DNA of 64,000 nt from Escherichia phage vB_EcoM_JNE01. Below the pieces are notes generated by a model, which ran no database searches, had not been told where the DNA came from, and was given only the letters and a program-made list of their open reading frames with translations. The stretch is from sequence record OR670491; one strand, 5' to 3'. This document shows, one piece after another, positions 38,387 to 47,810 of this stretch; position 1 is the first letter of the stretch; each line of letters begins with the position of its first letter. The translations under genes and the position numbers were made by a program.

Positions 38387-38541
38387 AAACGATGTTGACA
38401 TTATTCTTAGTACCACTTATAATGATTGTATTGTCTATTGGTGTTCCACAAACGTATGTGGTACAATTAAATATAATTGAGATTATATTGTTCGTGGTGC
38501 ATTGTTTATTATGCCGTAGTTATGTCAAGAAGAGGACTTAA
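38383..38541 (+). CDS. small hydrophobic peptide (52 aa)
   Basis: Not in track (under 60 aa); ATGA overlap upstream, stop overlaps next ATG. Confidence 0.3.
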   Translation: MKTMLTLFLVPLIMIVLSIGVPQTYVVQLNIIEIILFVVHCLLCRSYVKKRT

Positions 38542-38963
38542 TGAAATACTTTAAAACACAATTGGTTGTCAGTTCTGGTAAATCGCCGTGGGAGTTCTAT
38601 GAAGTTCCAGACGATTGGGACGAAGAATATTTAAAAGATTATGTACTTGAAGTAAATCAATGGGTTTACAACGCTGAATGTTTCACGTATAATGCAGTTG
38701 AAATCACAGAAACAGATTATCGTTTCGGTGTACAGGCAGTACAGTACTACGCATCTGATAGCAAGATGCTACAAGAGAACGTATTTCCTGTAAGAGAATG
38801 GGCGATTCTGCTTGCAAATCCGAATAAACCTGTTAGAATAGGTTATCCAAATATGCATCAGGTATATCGTATGAATGACAAACGTGAATTAAGTTATCAG
38901 TACGATTACAATGCTGCTAAATTTGGAATTCTTAAACAATTTCTAAAGGCATACCCAGTATGA
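38541..38963 (+). CDS. hypothetical protein
   Basis: 140-aa ORF. Confidence 0.45.
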   Translation: MKYFKTQLVVSSGKSPWEFYEVPDDWDEEYLKDYVLEVNQWVYNAECFTYNAVEITETDYRFGVQAVQYYASDSKMLQENVFPVREWAILLANPNKPVRIGYPNMHQVYRMNDKRELSYQYDYNAAKFGILKQFLKAYPV

Positions 38964-39298
38964 AAGAAGTAGAAAGTAAAGAGTGGATTGTTCGTTGCCA
39001 CTGCCATGACAAATCTGACCATGTTATTCATATTGCACAATATGACTTGACAGATGAGCACGGTGATGATAAAATGGGTCAATGTGTTATCACAACTCGT
39101 TTAGACCCACGAGCAGGATTATTTAAAAGAGCATGGATTGCGTTGAAGTATATGTTTGGTGTTGGGTGTTATCAGTACGTTGAAACAATAATTGATGTTG
39201 ACATTCTGAAAGAAGTCGTGTTACAATTAGAAGATAAACGAACTGATGACGAAAAAAAGGATGACCGCAGTTGTCGAACTGAAGTGAAAGTTTTATGA
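38960..39298 (+). CDS. hypothetical protein
   Basis: 112-aa ORF, ATGA overlap. Confidence 0.45.
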   Translation: MKEVESKEWIVRCHCHDKSDHVIHIAQYDLTDEHGDDKMGQCVITTRLDPRAGLFKRAWIALKYMFGVGCYQYVETIIDVDILKEVVLQLEDKRTDDEKKDDRSCRTEVKVL

Positions 39299-39489
39299 GT
39301 ACTGAACTTTATGAAAAAAAGTACTGTACAAGTTGTCTAACAGAGTATACAATACAAGGTATGGTGATTTGCACAAAGTGTCAGTCATCAAAATCATCAA
39401 CGTTTTTAGTCGATGACCGATTTAGTGATTTGAAACAGTTCAAAGCAAATCGTGTTCTTCGTGAATTTAGCAAACTAAATAAGGAATAA
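39295..39489 (+). CDS. small zinc-ribbon-like protein
   Basis: 64 aa; CTSC...CTKC four-Cys pattern. Confidence 0.4.
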   Translation: MSTELYEKKYCTSCLTEYTIQGMVICTKCQSSKSSTFLVDDRFSDLKQFKANRVLREFSKLNKE

Positions 39490-39492
39490 TCA

Positions 39493-39921
39493 ATGAATAT
39501 CGAACAAGTAATCCGCTCTAACGCTTTCTTCTCTGCTGAATCTGGTCGTGTTATCGAAGATATCAAAATCGAAGAACTGATGATCAACGTTAAGTACAAA
39601 GAACAGAACGAAGAAATGTCCAGCAGCATCTGTGCTCTACGTGCTCCATTCCGTAGTGAAAAAGCTAAGAAGCCAGCATATGTTCTAGCGATTGCTCTTG
39701 GTTGTGTAGTGAAGAAAGCAATTGACTCCAACCAACTAAATATCAAAGTTGCTCCAATGAACGATGAAGAGAACATCAACCTGGACTTCGACGGTCAACT
39801 GTCTGAAGAAGAATTCTTCCAGCTTTCTCTGATTCATGACTTCCGTAGCATCAACTTTGACCACATTCACTTCATCGACGAAATGGTTGAATTGGTTTCT
39901 CAGTACGAAGCTGAACTGTAA
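39493..39921 (+). CDS. family-A paralog (C-terminal EExFFQxS motif), unknown function
   Basis: C-terminal SEEEFFQLSLIHDF; RBS AAGGA. Confidence 0.55.
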   Translation: MNIEQVIRSNAFFSAESGRVIEDIKIEELMINVKYKEQNEEMSSSICALRAPFRSEKAKKPAYVLAIALGCVVKKAIDSNQLNIKVAPMNDEENINLDFDGQLSEEEFFQLSLIHDFRSINFDHIHFIDEMVELVSQYEAEL

Positions 39922-39935
39922 TAAGTAATAAAACA

Positions 39936-39960
39936 AGCCTCCTTGAAAGGGGGCTTTTGT
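39936..39960 (+). terminator. rho-independent terminator
   Basis: AGCCTCC-TTGAAA-GGGGGCT hairpin plus TTT. Confidence 0.55.
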
Positions 39961-39975
39961 CATAAGGATATGTAA

Positions 39976-40533
39976 ATGAAGTTAATAGAACAAATTCAAA
40001 CCCTATCAAATCAGATTGCAGAGTTCTTGTCTGATAAAGAAGGATTTAAAGTAGAAATCACACACCACGGTGTAGGTATTGTTGTAACTTATCCAAGTGG
40101 TGATACAATGGATTATGATGTGTATGAGCTATTGCTATACACCCTAGCAGTGCGTAAGCTCGGTAGTGATATCGAACTTAAAATCAACAAAGATGAAAAT
40201 GGTAATGAAGTTTTTGCAGTAAACACTGATGCTAAACTTGACATTCCTGCTGGATTCACTAAAATCAATGAATCATTTATTGGTTTTAAACATGATTCTA
40301 TTCAGAGTGTTTTTATTGGTCGTCAAATTGCAAACACCCAATTCCCATACACTGTTATGACATTGTATAAAAACGGCAACTGGATGCGTCAGGATTTGGT
40401 AATGGCTGAAGTACTGTATGCACTAACCCATGACCTAAGCCTTGAACTCGTTGATAGTGCATTCTGCTTTAAACGTATTCGCAAACTATCTGCTGACATT
40501 CAAGCGGAACTAAAAGAACTAAATGATAAATAA
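39976..40533 (+). CDS. hypothetical protein
   Basis: 185-aa ORF, RBS AAGGA; lacks the family-A motif. Confidence 0.5.
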   Translation: MKLIEQIQTLSNQIAEFLSDKEGFKVEITHHGVGIVVTYPSGDTMDYDVYELLLYTLAVRKLGSDIELKINKDENGNEVFAVNTDAKLDIPAGFTKINESFIGFKHDSIQSVFIGRQIANTQFPYTVMTLYKNGNWMRQDLVMAEVLYALTHDLSLELVDSAFCFKRIRKLSADIQAELKELNDK

Positions 40534-40649
40534 ATGTACCAGAAATGGTTAACATAATCATGTTACTTTCCTCCCTTATACAATAATGATTTGTTATTCC
40601 ACATTTTATTTTTTCATTTCTCTTTTTTCGTACAAATTCTTTTTCGTAC

Positions 40650-40672
40650 TGCCCCTACTTAGGGGCATTTTT
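40650..40672 (+). terminator. rho-independent terminator
   Basis: TGCCCCT-ACTT-AGGGGCA hairpin plus T5. Confidence 0.6.
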
Positions 40673-40690
40673 ATTGCCTAAAATAAAGTT

Positions 40691-40718
40691 TTGACATTTG
40701 GTGATTAGGTGATATAAT
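40691..40718 (+). promoter_or_regulatory. sigma70-type promoter
   Basis: TTGACA, 16-bp spacer, TATAAT. Confidence 0.6.
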
Positions 40719-40745
40719 ATTCATATACATCTTAGAGGATACATT

Positions 40746-41174
40746 ATGATTTTCGATTTGCATTCATTTTTTAATAAATTCAACGAAGCTGATATCCCTA
40801 CGTGGGACGTAAAAATCAATCACACTAATAAATCATTGTGGCTACATAAAGGTAATGAATCGATCCAGATGATGATTAATGATGATTATGATATCACCCG
40901 CTTCTACCACATGGAAGAAAACAAAACCTTCGTTAAGGTTGCTTTCGACATATCTGATGATAATCTGTTCATCAACGTTCTGTCAGCCGGTTCTCATGTC
41001 CTGGTTGATGCTAAAATCAAAGAGATTAGTACTATCAAAAGTGAGGAAGGATTGTTTCAACGATCTGTTATTGAAGACCTGTACAATGTAGAATACTCTG
41101 ATATTGTGAAGCTGAAGGCAATCGTGGATAGTCTTAAAGCAAAAGCAAAAGAACTCATCAAAGAGGTATACTAA
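40746..41174 (+). CDS. family-A paralog
   Basis: C-terminal SEEGLFQRSVIEDL. Confidence 0.5.
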   Translation: MIFDLHSFFNKFNEADIPTWDVKINHTNKSLWLHKGNESIQMMINDDYDITRFYHMEENKTFVKVAFDISDDNLFINVLSAGSHVLVDAKIKEISTIKSEEGLFQRSVIEDLYNVEYSDIVKLKAIVDSLKAKAKELIKEVY

Positions 41175-41641
41175 TGAAAAGCATTCTCCAAAACTGGAAT
41201 CCAGACACAATTAGTACTGAAACTAAATCGTCTTTTGCGTTCTCTATTATTAACATTGACGTTATAGATTATCTATCTATTGATTCGATGGACGCAAAGG
41301 AATGCACACATCGTGTGTGGTATGATTATGACCAAGGCGTAGAACTGACACTTACGTATAACACAGAAGATTTGGTTCAAAGTGAACAATACAGTGTGTG
41401 CCTTGATGGTACTATTGGTATTCGAAAGCATTACTTGAATGATGATGGGAAAGTTATTTCCGAAACAATCAATATCACAGATCATGGTTTTAATGAAGAA
41501 TCTTTCTTCATGGAAAGTACTATGCAGAATTTTGGCACAATGACTTTTGAAGATTATGTACATCTTAAAATTCTATATCGCAAAGTACTGGAAGTTGTTG
41601 CCGAACTGGAAAAGGTGAACAAACATGATCAACATTCATAA
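41174..41641 (+). CDS. family-A paralog
   Basis: C-terminal NEESFFMESTMQNF. Confidence 0.5.
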   Translation: MKSILQNWNPDTISTETKSSFAFSIINIDVIDYLSIDSMDAKECTHRVWYDYDQGVELTLTYNTEDLVQSEQYSVCLDGTIGIRKHYLNDDGKVISETINITDHGFNEESFFMESTMQNFGTMTFEDYVHLKILYRKVLEVVAELEKVNKHDQHS

Positions 41642-42002
41642 AGAATTGGCATTATTAAAAAAAGATTTCGATGAAAATACATTAACACTATCATTAAATG
41701 CTGGTGTAATTAAAGTTGGTGTTTCCACGTCATACCTTGTTTACCGTAAGAACAGTAAAGAGGTCTTATATCATAATGAATCTGGTATAATTTGGGTGTA
41801 TGATATGGAAAAGAATGTCATCAATTACGTTACTGATTTTTATGCACATAAAACAGTTAATTTTGATGTTACTGAAGAGGAACTATTCCAACAATCTCTG
41901 ATAGAAGCTGATGTATTAATGCCAGAGGAAATTAAAATAATCACAGATGCGGTGCAGTATGTATTTGATAGTGTTCAAGAACATGAAGGTACTGAAGGAT
42001 AG
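41625..42002 (+). CDS. family-A paralog
   Basis: C-terminal TEEELFQQSLIEAD. Confidence 0.5.
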   Translation: MINIHKELALLKKDFDENTLTLSLNAGVIKVGVSTSYLVYRKNSKEVLYHNESGIIWVYDMEKNVINYVTDFYAHKTVNFDVTEEELFQQSLIEADVLMPEEIKIITDAVQYVFDSVQEHEGTEG

Positions 42003-42005
42003 TCC

Positions 42006-42461
42006 ATGAATAAATTACAGGTTTTTGAATATCTAACACGTACATCAATGATGGATTTACCAGAAGTAACATGTAAGAACCCAAAAGAATTAATACGAAT
42101 CTATCATATTGTTGAGGATTTACAATACAGAATCAATACTGAATATGATTATGTTACTGTGTCTGTACAAAACTTAAACTGGAGTGGTTCAGCAGCGGAA
42201 ATGTTCAACATTTCATACGATACAGCTAATGATTGTTTAAGGGTATTCATTCGAGAAAGTTCTTATTCCCATATGGATTTTACTGAAGTTCGTGAGGTTA
42301 GTAATTGCCTAACGGAAGAAGGGTTTTTCCAAGAATCATTGGTACAGAATTTAGTGTTCACTCAAGATGAATTAAAATCTGTTATTGATATTTTGGAGTA
42401 TATACAGCTAAAAGCCAGAGCGAAATACAAAATAACAGAACAGATTCCGCGAGGTATATAA
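42006..42461 (+). CDS. family-A paralog
   Basis: C-terminal TEEGFFQESLVQNL. Confidence 0.5.
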   Translation: MNKLQVFEYLTRTSMMDLPEVTCKNPKELIRIYHIVEDLQYRINTEYDYVTVSVQNLNWSGSAAEMFNISYDTANDCLRVFIRESSYSHMDFTEVREVSNCLTEEGFFQESLVQNLVFTQDELKSVIDILEYIQLKARAKYKITEQIPRGI

Positions 42462-42908
42462 ATGTTTTTTAATCCAGTACCTTTTTTTAATTTGTTAGGT
42501 GTAACATCAATCCCAGATTTAAAGATTGGTGAAGATTATTCTAATAATTACATACTTGCCCTGGAAATTGAATCGGATGATTTCAACTGCTATGTAACAT
42601 ACGATGCAAATGAAAATTCAGTAGCGGAACTGGTATTTGTATACATATATAACGTTTATAGCGGTGATGGCACTGGGGTTAAATCAGTTGAGGTTGAATC
42701 ATATGGCATCAAAGGTTCATTGATATTGAATGAAAACAACGTCGAATTCAATCTGGATGATTACAGTACTGAAGAAGCATTGTTTCAACTTAGTACTATC
42801 CAAGATTGCTGCTTAACTTTGAAAGATATAAAAGAATTCAAAGAACAGGTTGACAGTGTATATGAGATGTTATACAATGCTTATCCTGAATTTGAGATTA
42901 GAAGATAA
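42462..42908 (+). CDS. family-A paralog
   Basis: C-terminal TEEALFQLSTIQDC. Confidence 0.5.
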   Translation: MFFNPVPFFNLLGVTSIPDLKIGEDYSNNYILALEIESDDFNCYVTYDANENSVAELVFVYIYNVYSGDGTGVKSVEVESYGIKGSLILNENNVEFNLDDYSTEEALFQLSTIQDCCLTLKDIKEFKEQVDSVYEMLYNAYPEFEIRR

Positions 42909-42917
42909 GGTATAAAA

Positions 42918-43178
42918 ATGACTAAAGTAGTTCGCAAACGCCACATGATGAACATGGATGAATTCCGTACTTTTGACAAATATCGTACAATGTTCCGTAT
43001 GCTGTCTAAGGGCCACCCTATTGTTATTGTAACTGAAAGTTACATGTCACCAGAGATGATGTTTGGAAACTATGAAAAGGTCTTTATGCTTTATGTGAAG
43101 CGTGAACTTCTAACTATTAAAACATTAGCAGAAGCCACTGATGAAGATATGGATGGTGATAATACATTCACCATGTGA
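42918..43178 (+). CDS. hypothetical protein
   Basis: 86-aa ORF, RBS AAGG. Confidence 0.4.
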   Translation: MTKVVRKRHMMNMDEFRTFDKYRTMFRMLSKGHPIVIVTESYMSPEMMFGNYEKVFMLYVKRELLTIKTLAEATDEDMDGDNTFTM

Positions 43179-43255
43179 GGATGTTATGCAAGATAAACCG
43201 AAAGAACCACTTGACCGTGACGATGATTTCTATGATGAACGATACGGAGAGAAAG

Positions 43256-43513
43256 ATGAATGAGCATAATGCAGTACTGAAAAAGATTATGTCAGAACTT
43301 GGCAGTGAGCTTGCTGTAACTGAAGAAGAATACCAATCATGGAAGAAAGATTTCGAACAACTTCCTGAACATGATAAAGTGTTTAATCTTCTTGGCGTAA
43401 TCAGCCAGTACTTACTAAGTGCAGGTGAAAGTAAAGCAGCATCTTCAATCCTTGCATCTGCAATCATTTGTACTTCACGTTGGTGTGACGAAAAATCTCT
43501 GGATGATTTCTAA
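43256..43513 (+). CDS. hypothetical protein
   Basis: ATG 43256 after GGAGAGAAAG; track start 43175 overlaps upstream gene. Confidence 0.4.
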   Translation: MNEHNAVLKKIMSELGSELAVTEEEYQSWKKDFEQLPEHDKVFNLLGVISQYLLSAGESKAASSILASAIICTSRWCDEKSLDDF

Positions 43514-43565
43514 ATACTGTGCTATAATGAATTTATAGTACAACAATATAAAAAAAGGATTTTAT

Positions 43566-45455
43566 ATGAAACCAATCAGAGTACTGTCACTTTTTAATGG
43601 AATGAGTGTGGGATACATGGCACTTCAAGATGCTGGTATCCCAGTTGAAACGTATTACTCTTCCGAAATTGATAAGTATGCTATTGCTGAATCCCAAGAG
43701 AATTTCCCTGATATTATCCAACTAGGTGACGTTACCAAGTGGAAGGATTGGGATATTGAATGGGATAAGATTGACCTCCTTATGGGAGGGTTCCCGTGTT
43801 TCCCTGAAGGAACAATGATAATGACCGACAAAGGTCACAAAGATATTAAAGACATTCAAATTGGTGACATGGTACTAACTCATACTGGTCAATATCATCC
43901 AGTATTGAGTACAGGTGTTAAAAAAGCCCCTACGCGTATTATTTCAGGGCAAGGACATTTACCTATTGAATGTACTGATAATCACCCATTTTATTCTAGA
44001 AAAATGTCGTCTAGCTGGAATAACAGCATTAGACAATATGAACGTTCCTTCACTGAACCTGAGTGGATTGAGGCACACGAATTAACATCTGAACATTTTC
44101 TTTGTAATGTTAAATCAATTGAATCAGGTAAATCAACAAAAGATGAAAAATTCTGGTATTTTATGGGCCGCTTTATGGGTGATGGATGGACTTATAAAGT
44201 AAAGCGAAATAATAGAAAGAATAGTTACCAGTATAGAGTTTTCATCTGTTGTGCACATGATGAATTTGATGAATTGATTTCATGTTTTGAAGGTATGAAC
44301 ATGAAATATAATTATGTCAAAGAAAGAACATCATATAAATTTTATATATGTTCAAAAGAACTAGTTGAATTCTGTGAACAGATGGGTAAAGGTGCATCTA
44401 ATAAGAAAGTTCATCCTAATTTATTCAATGAATGTGTACAGAACCAGAAAGCATTCATTGATGGATATTTTGACGCAGATGGTCATGTTGATAGTAATTG
44501 TTATAAATTCACAACAACATCAATAGACTGCGTATTAGGTGTCCAACAATTAATAATGAATGTTTACGGAAGACATTCCAACATAAGCCTTACAGAACCA
44601 GAAAAAACTAAAGTTATTGAAGGACGAATTGTAAACCAAAAACCGTATTATGTTTTATCATATAAAAAAGACCAACCTAAAAAAGAGGAAGCTTTTTATG
44701 AAGAAAATTATTCATGGGTTAAAGGTGTAAAAACGAGTATTTCTACTGGTGAATGGAAAACTGTATATAATTTTGAAGTTGCCGTTGACAATACTTATAC
44801 CGCAAATAACATAGTTGTTCACAATTGTCAAGCCTGGTCGGTTGCAGGTAAACAGGGTGGAATAAATGATCCAAGAGGAATGTTGTTCCATACAATGGTT
44901 GATATTTACGAGCACATCAAAAGTCTCAATCCAGACTTGAAAGTACTGTTCGAGAATGTTAAAATGAAAGACGATTTCAAGCAATACATCAACAGTATTC
45001 TTGATATGACACCAGTACTGATAAATTCCCATAATTACACGCCTCACTTCAGACAACGTTATTATTGGTACAGTTCTGATAAATTACTAACTCCACCTGC
45101 ATTAATGAATGCACCTGTGCTTCAGGACATTCTGGATGATGGTTGGTATACTGACCGTACCGCTTCGTACTGTATAGATGCCAACTACTTTAAGGGTGGT
45201 GATTGTAATCAATACTTCAATAAGTCCAGGCGACAATTGGTGTTCAAGAACCCTGATATCAATCGTCAGTACTTACTTGAGAATGGTAAAAGAAACATTG
45301 ACTACCGTCACTTAAGTGTAGTAGAATGTTGTAAATTGCAAGGTGTACCAACTGATTATTTCAAGTTATCTAGTAATACACAGGCATATAAAATGCTAGG
45401 GAACGGTTGGACAATGCCAGTCATTTCACATTTGCTTAAAGAGATATTCTTTTAA
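43566..45455 (+). CDS. C5-cytosine DNA methyltransferase interrupted by an intein
   Basis: Extein motifs: SLFNGMSVG (motif I), GGFP...CQAWSVAGK (motif IV PCQ restored after splicing), LFENV (motif VI), FRQRYYW; 629 aa precursor. Confidence 0.8.
   Translation: MKPIRVLSLFNGMSVGYMALQDAGIPVETYYSSEIDKYAIAESQENFPDIIQLGDVTKWKDWDIEWDKIDLLMGGFPCFPEGTMIMTDKGHKDIKDIQIGDMVLTHTGQYHPVLSTGVKKAPTRIISGQGHLPIECTDNHPFYSRKMSSSWNNSIRQYERSFTEPEWIEAHELTSEHFLCNVKSIESGKSTKDEKFWYFMGRFMGDGWTYKVKRNNRKNSYQYRVFICCAHDEFDELISCFEGMNMKYNYVKERTSYKFYICSKELVEFCEQMGKGASNKKVHPNLFNECVQNQKAFIDGYFDADGHVDSNCYKFTTTSIDCVLGVQQLIMNVYGRHSNISLTEPEKTKVIEGRIVNQKPYYVLSYKKDQPKKEEAFYEENYSWVKGVKTSISTGEWKTVYNFEVAVDNTYTANNIVVHNCQAWSVAGKQGGINDPRGMLFHTMVDIYEHIKSLNPDLKVLFENVKMKDDFKQYINSILDMTPVLINSHNYTPHFRQRYYWYSSDKLLTPPALMNAPVLQDILDDGWYTDRTASYCIDANYFKGGDCNQYFNKSRRQLVFKNPDINRQYLLENGKRNIDYRHLSVVECCKLQGVPTDYFKLSSNTQAYKMLGNGWTMPVISHLLKEIFF
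43797..44825 (+). mobile_element. intein with LAGLIDADG homing endonuclease domain
   Basis: 343 aa; starts CFPEGTMIMTDKG, ends VVHN followed by extein Cys; two LAGLIDADG-like motifs FMGRFMGDGW and FIDGYFDADGHV. Confidence 0.75.
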
Positions 45456-45456
45456 T

Positions 45457-45936
45457 ATGAACTATTTCCAAGACCGTAATAAAATACAAATTGCTCGTAA
45501 TCACAGAGCGAAGAAGGAGACTTTACGTTTCAATACACATTACCCTTTCGTCGGTGACACAGTACTGTATGAATGTTATACAAAAAAGAAAGTGTTTGTT
45601 GGCTCTGGTATTGGTACGGTCTTGGATATTAAACAATATTATTCGGATAAGATGCGTGTCAAATACACCGTACAGGATAATACAACAAACGAAGTATACG
45701 AGGTTATGTACAACGTCCATGTTTATCCATTGGATACGGTTGTTCTACTTACAAGAAGAGAAAAAACTATGTTTTACAGTGGCTATGATAAACTAACTAA
45801 TCAAATTATTCCTAATACTTTAGGTAAATTTAAAACTGACACAGAACAAGCACTCGTTAGTAAACTGGGTGTGGACTGGAAAAAAGAAAATTCTTTTATT
45901 GAAATTCGTCTAGTTGAAGTTACACTAAAAGACTGA
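45457..45936 (+). CDS. hypothetical protein
   Basis: 159-aa ORF directly after the methyltransferase stop. Confidence 0.45.
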   Translation: MNYFQDRNKIQIARNHRAKKETLRFNTHYPFVGDTVLYECYTKKKVFVGSGIGTVLDIKQYYSDKMRVKYTVQDNTTNEVYEVMYNVHVYPLDTVVLLTRREKTMFYSGYDKLTNQIIPNTLGKFKTDTEQALVSKLGVDWKKENSFIEIRLVEVTLKD

Positions 45937-45945
45937 TATAATACT

Positions 45946-45973
45946 ATCCACGTATACAATGCGTGGATTTTTT
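45946..45973 (+). terminator. rho-independent terminator
   Basis: ATCCACG-loop-CGTGGAT hairpin plus T6. Confidence 0.6.
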
Positions 45974-45999
45974 ATACCCCCAAAAAAAGGTCAAATTAA

Positions 46000-46452
46000 A
46001 TGAAAATTGATGAGTTGGTGCATTTGCTTCCAAATGTTTACAAGAATGTTTTATTCACTAAAGAACTACATAAGCAAGGTTTCTCTGTTCGCCCAGCATT
46101 ACTTGCATCATCGTATCGATATGTAACAACATATGGAACGGTAGAATTCATTTCATATGACTATGAAGTAGACCCCGATTGTTATACATTATCTATTAGT
46201 ATATACAGTGAAGAGGAAGATTCTGGTCGTGAGATTAAAAATATTTCATATGATACTGATGGACAGTTTAGTCTTGAGTACTGTGATGATAGTATAGAAG
46301 AATTCTATTTAGAAGATGTAAATCGTTTGTGTGATGATGATTTTGTGTTCCAACAATCAACACTAACACCATTGGGTAATACTAATGGTAAAACATGGGA
46401 AACCTGTTTGTATTATCTGCAAGCAATTTGCACAGCTTTTAAGGGGGTTTAA
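46000..46452 (+). CDS. family-A paralog (divergent)
   Basis: C-terminal DDDFVFQQSTLTPL. Confidence 0.45.
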   Translation: MKIDELVHLLPNVYKNVLFTKELHKQGFSVRPALLASSYRYVTTYGTVEFISYDYEVDPDCYTLSISIYSEEEDSGREIKNISYDTDGQFSLEYCDDSIEEFYLEDVNRLCDDDFVFQQSTLTPLGNTNGKTWETCLYYLQAICTAFKGV

Positions 46453-46854
46453 ATGAGTAAGTATACAATAAAAGTAATCTATGAGACTGGTGATACCAGC
46501 AGTAGTAGCATTATCGAAGAAAACATTGACTTACAATGGGAAACCATTGAAGGTGCACGTAATGCATTGCAGGTTCTTAAAGAACACTGGGAATACACTA
46601 TTAGACGAGATAAGTGCCGTACTCGTGATGAAGTCACTGGCCTTGATAGTGAGATGCATACCAAGACTTGGTACTCACCAAGTGGAGGTGAATATCTTTT
46701 TCGAGTGGATGTGGATGGTACAATGTGTTCATGTCATGCACCCTGGGTTGGGTACTTTGAAGTATTGAATAGTGCTGAAGTGGTTCCGGTCGTTGAAGAA
46801 GTAGAGAATCCTGATAAGATCAATTTTGATGCTCTGCGTTGGAATATAAAATGA
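46453..46854 (+). CDS. hypothetical protein
   Basis: 133-aa ORF. Confidence 0.4.
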   Translation: MSKYTIKVIYETGDTSSSSIIEENIDLQWETIEGARNALQVLKEHWEYTIRRDKCRTRDEVTGLDSEMHTKTWYSPSGGEYLFRVDVDGTMCSCHAPWVGYFEVLNSAEVVPVVEEVENPDKINFDALRWNIK

Positions 46855-47279
46855 CAGTACTGAAAAATCTTGCTAAGATAAAGCACCCTGTTGTCTATGG
46901 ATTGTGGAAAAAAGTAGCAACTGATGTTCCAGACAAAACTTGGCGTGGATTAAGTCGTGTTTTAAGTAATGTTAATGACATGACATATTCAACAAAAGAT
47001 GAACTAGTCATTGACATGCGTTTCCACCCAAAACCCAAACTGAGAATCAAGTACATAATCAAGATTCGTGCAACTTCGTTTGACATTAGTATTGAAAAGT
47101 ATTATGATGGCAATTGGTGGGATGACCCAGTTACAGTAATGTCTATGCTTGAAATGAAGTATGAAAATTTCGAAGAAATGATATTTCAGCACTTGACAAC
47201 GCAACAATATATGGGTATGATAGGTACTCAAGAGTTAGAGATGATTAACGAAATTCGTGACATTTACTTCAAGGAGTAA
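46839..47279 (+). CDS. hypothetical protein
   Basis: 146-aa ORF. Confidence 0.4.
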   Translation: MEYKMTVLKNLAKIKHPVVYGLWKKVATDVPDKTWRGLSRVLSNVNDMTYSTKDELVIDMRFHPKPKLRIKYIIKIRATSFDISIEKYYDGNWWDDPVTVMSMLEMKYENFEEMIFQHLTTQQYMGMIGTQELEMINEIRDIYFKE

Positions 47280-47281
47280 TA

Positions 47282-47425
47282 ATGCCAATACGTAACAGTA
47301 CTTCACGATTTACACTACAACAGAAAGCAGATCTTCTTAATATGGTAAACAAAGAACCGGACTATCATTATCTGGTAATTGGTGGACGTGTTGAGAAGAT
47401 CAATCTTAAAGAATGTTTAAAGTAA
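47282..47425 (+). CDS. small hypothetical protein (47 aa)
   Basis: Strong RBS AAGGAG 7 nt upstream; not in track (under 60 aa). Confidence 0.35.
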   Translation: MPIRNSTSRFTLQQKADLLNMVNKEPDYHYLVIGGRVEKINLKECLK

Positions 47426-47435
47426 GGGGTTAACA

Positions 47436-47609
47436 ATGAGCTTGTCTGAATCATGGAATCAATTTAAAGAAGAAATCGGTTATTCACCAGTTAAGATTGA
47501 AGAAATCAATCGTACTGAAAGTATCAAAGCAAGTACTAATGGTACTACGTATGACCGTTATGACCCAAAATATGGTCTTCATGAAGAAATCACCAAGGAC
47601 AAAAACTAA
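47436..47609 (+). CDS. small hypothetical protein (57 aa)
   Basis: RBS AAGGGG; tightly packed with neighbours. Confidence 0.35.
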   Translation: MSLSESWNQFKEEIGYSPVKIEEINRTESIKASTNGTTYDRYDPKYGLHEEITKDKN

Positions 47610-47752
47610 TGGTTTACACTAACATCTTTAGTGGTTTAAAACGTAAATTCGAAAATGGTGTTGGTTATGCTTCAAGTGATGGTGGTGTAACCTGGGTTAA
47701 GAACAATACACCTGAAGGTCTGATTAAGAATCTTCCTTACTATAAAGCTTGA
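47609..47752 (+). CDS. small hypothetical protein (47 aa)
   Basis: Stop-start overlap TAATG; ends at the downstream promoter. Confidence 0.3.
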   Translation: MVYTNIFSGLKRKFENGVGYASSDGGVTWVKNNTPEGLIKNLPYYKA

Positions 47753-47778
47753 CATGTAAATCGGGAGTACGTATAATA
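47749..47778 (+). promoter_or_regulatory. sigma70-type promoter
   Basis: TTGACA, 18-bp spacer, TATAAT. Confidence 0.55.
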
Positions 47779-47810
47779 CTCCCATATTAATCCAAAATGA
47801 GGTATGCAGA

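Noticed and set aside
38235-38480. 81-aa + strand ORF overlapping two neighbouring genes
   Set aside because: Out of frame with the better-supported 38147-38386 gene and the small peptide at 38383-38541, both of which have RBS or overlap signals; likely spurious.
45491-45796. 101-aa alternative-frame ORF inside the 45457-45936 gene
   Set aside because: Overlaps almost entirely with the longer in-context ORF; no independent start signal.
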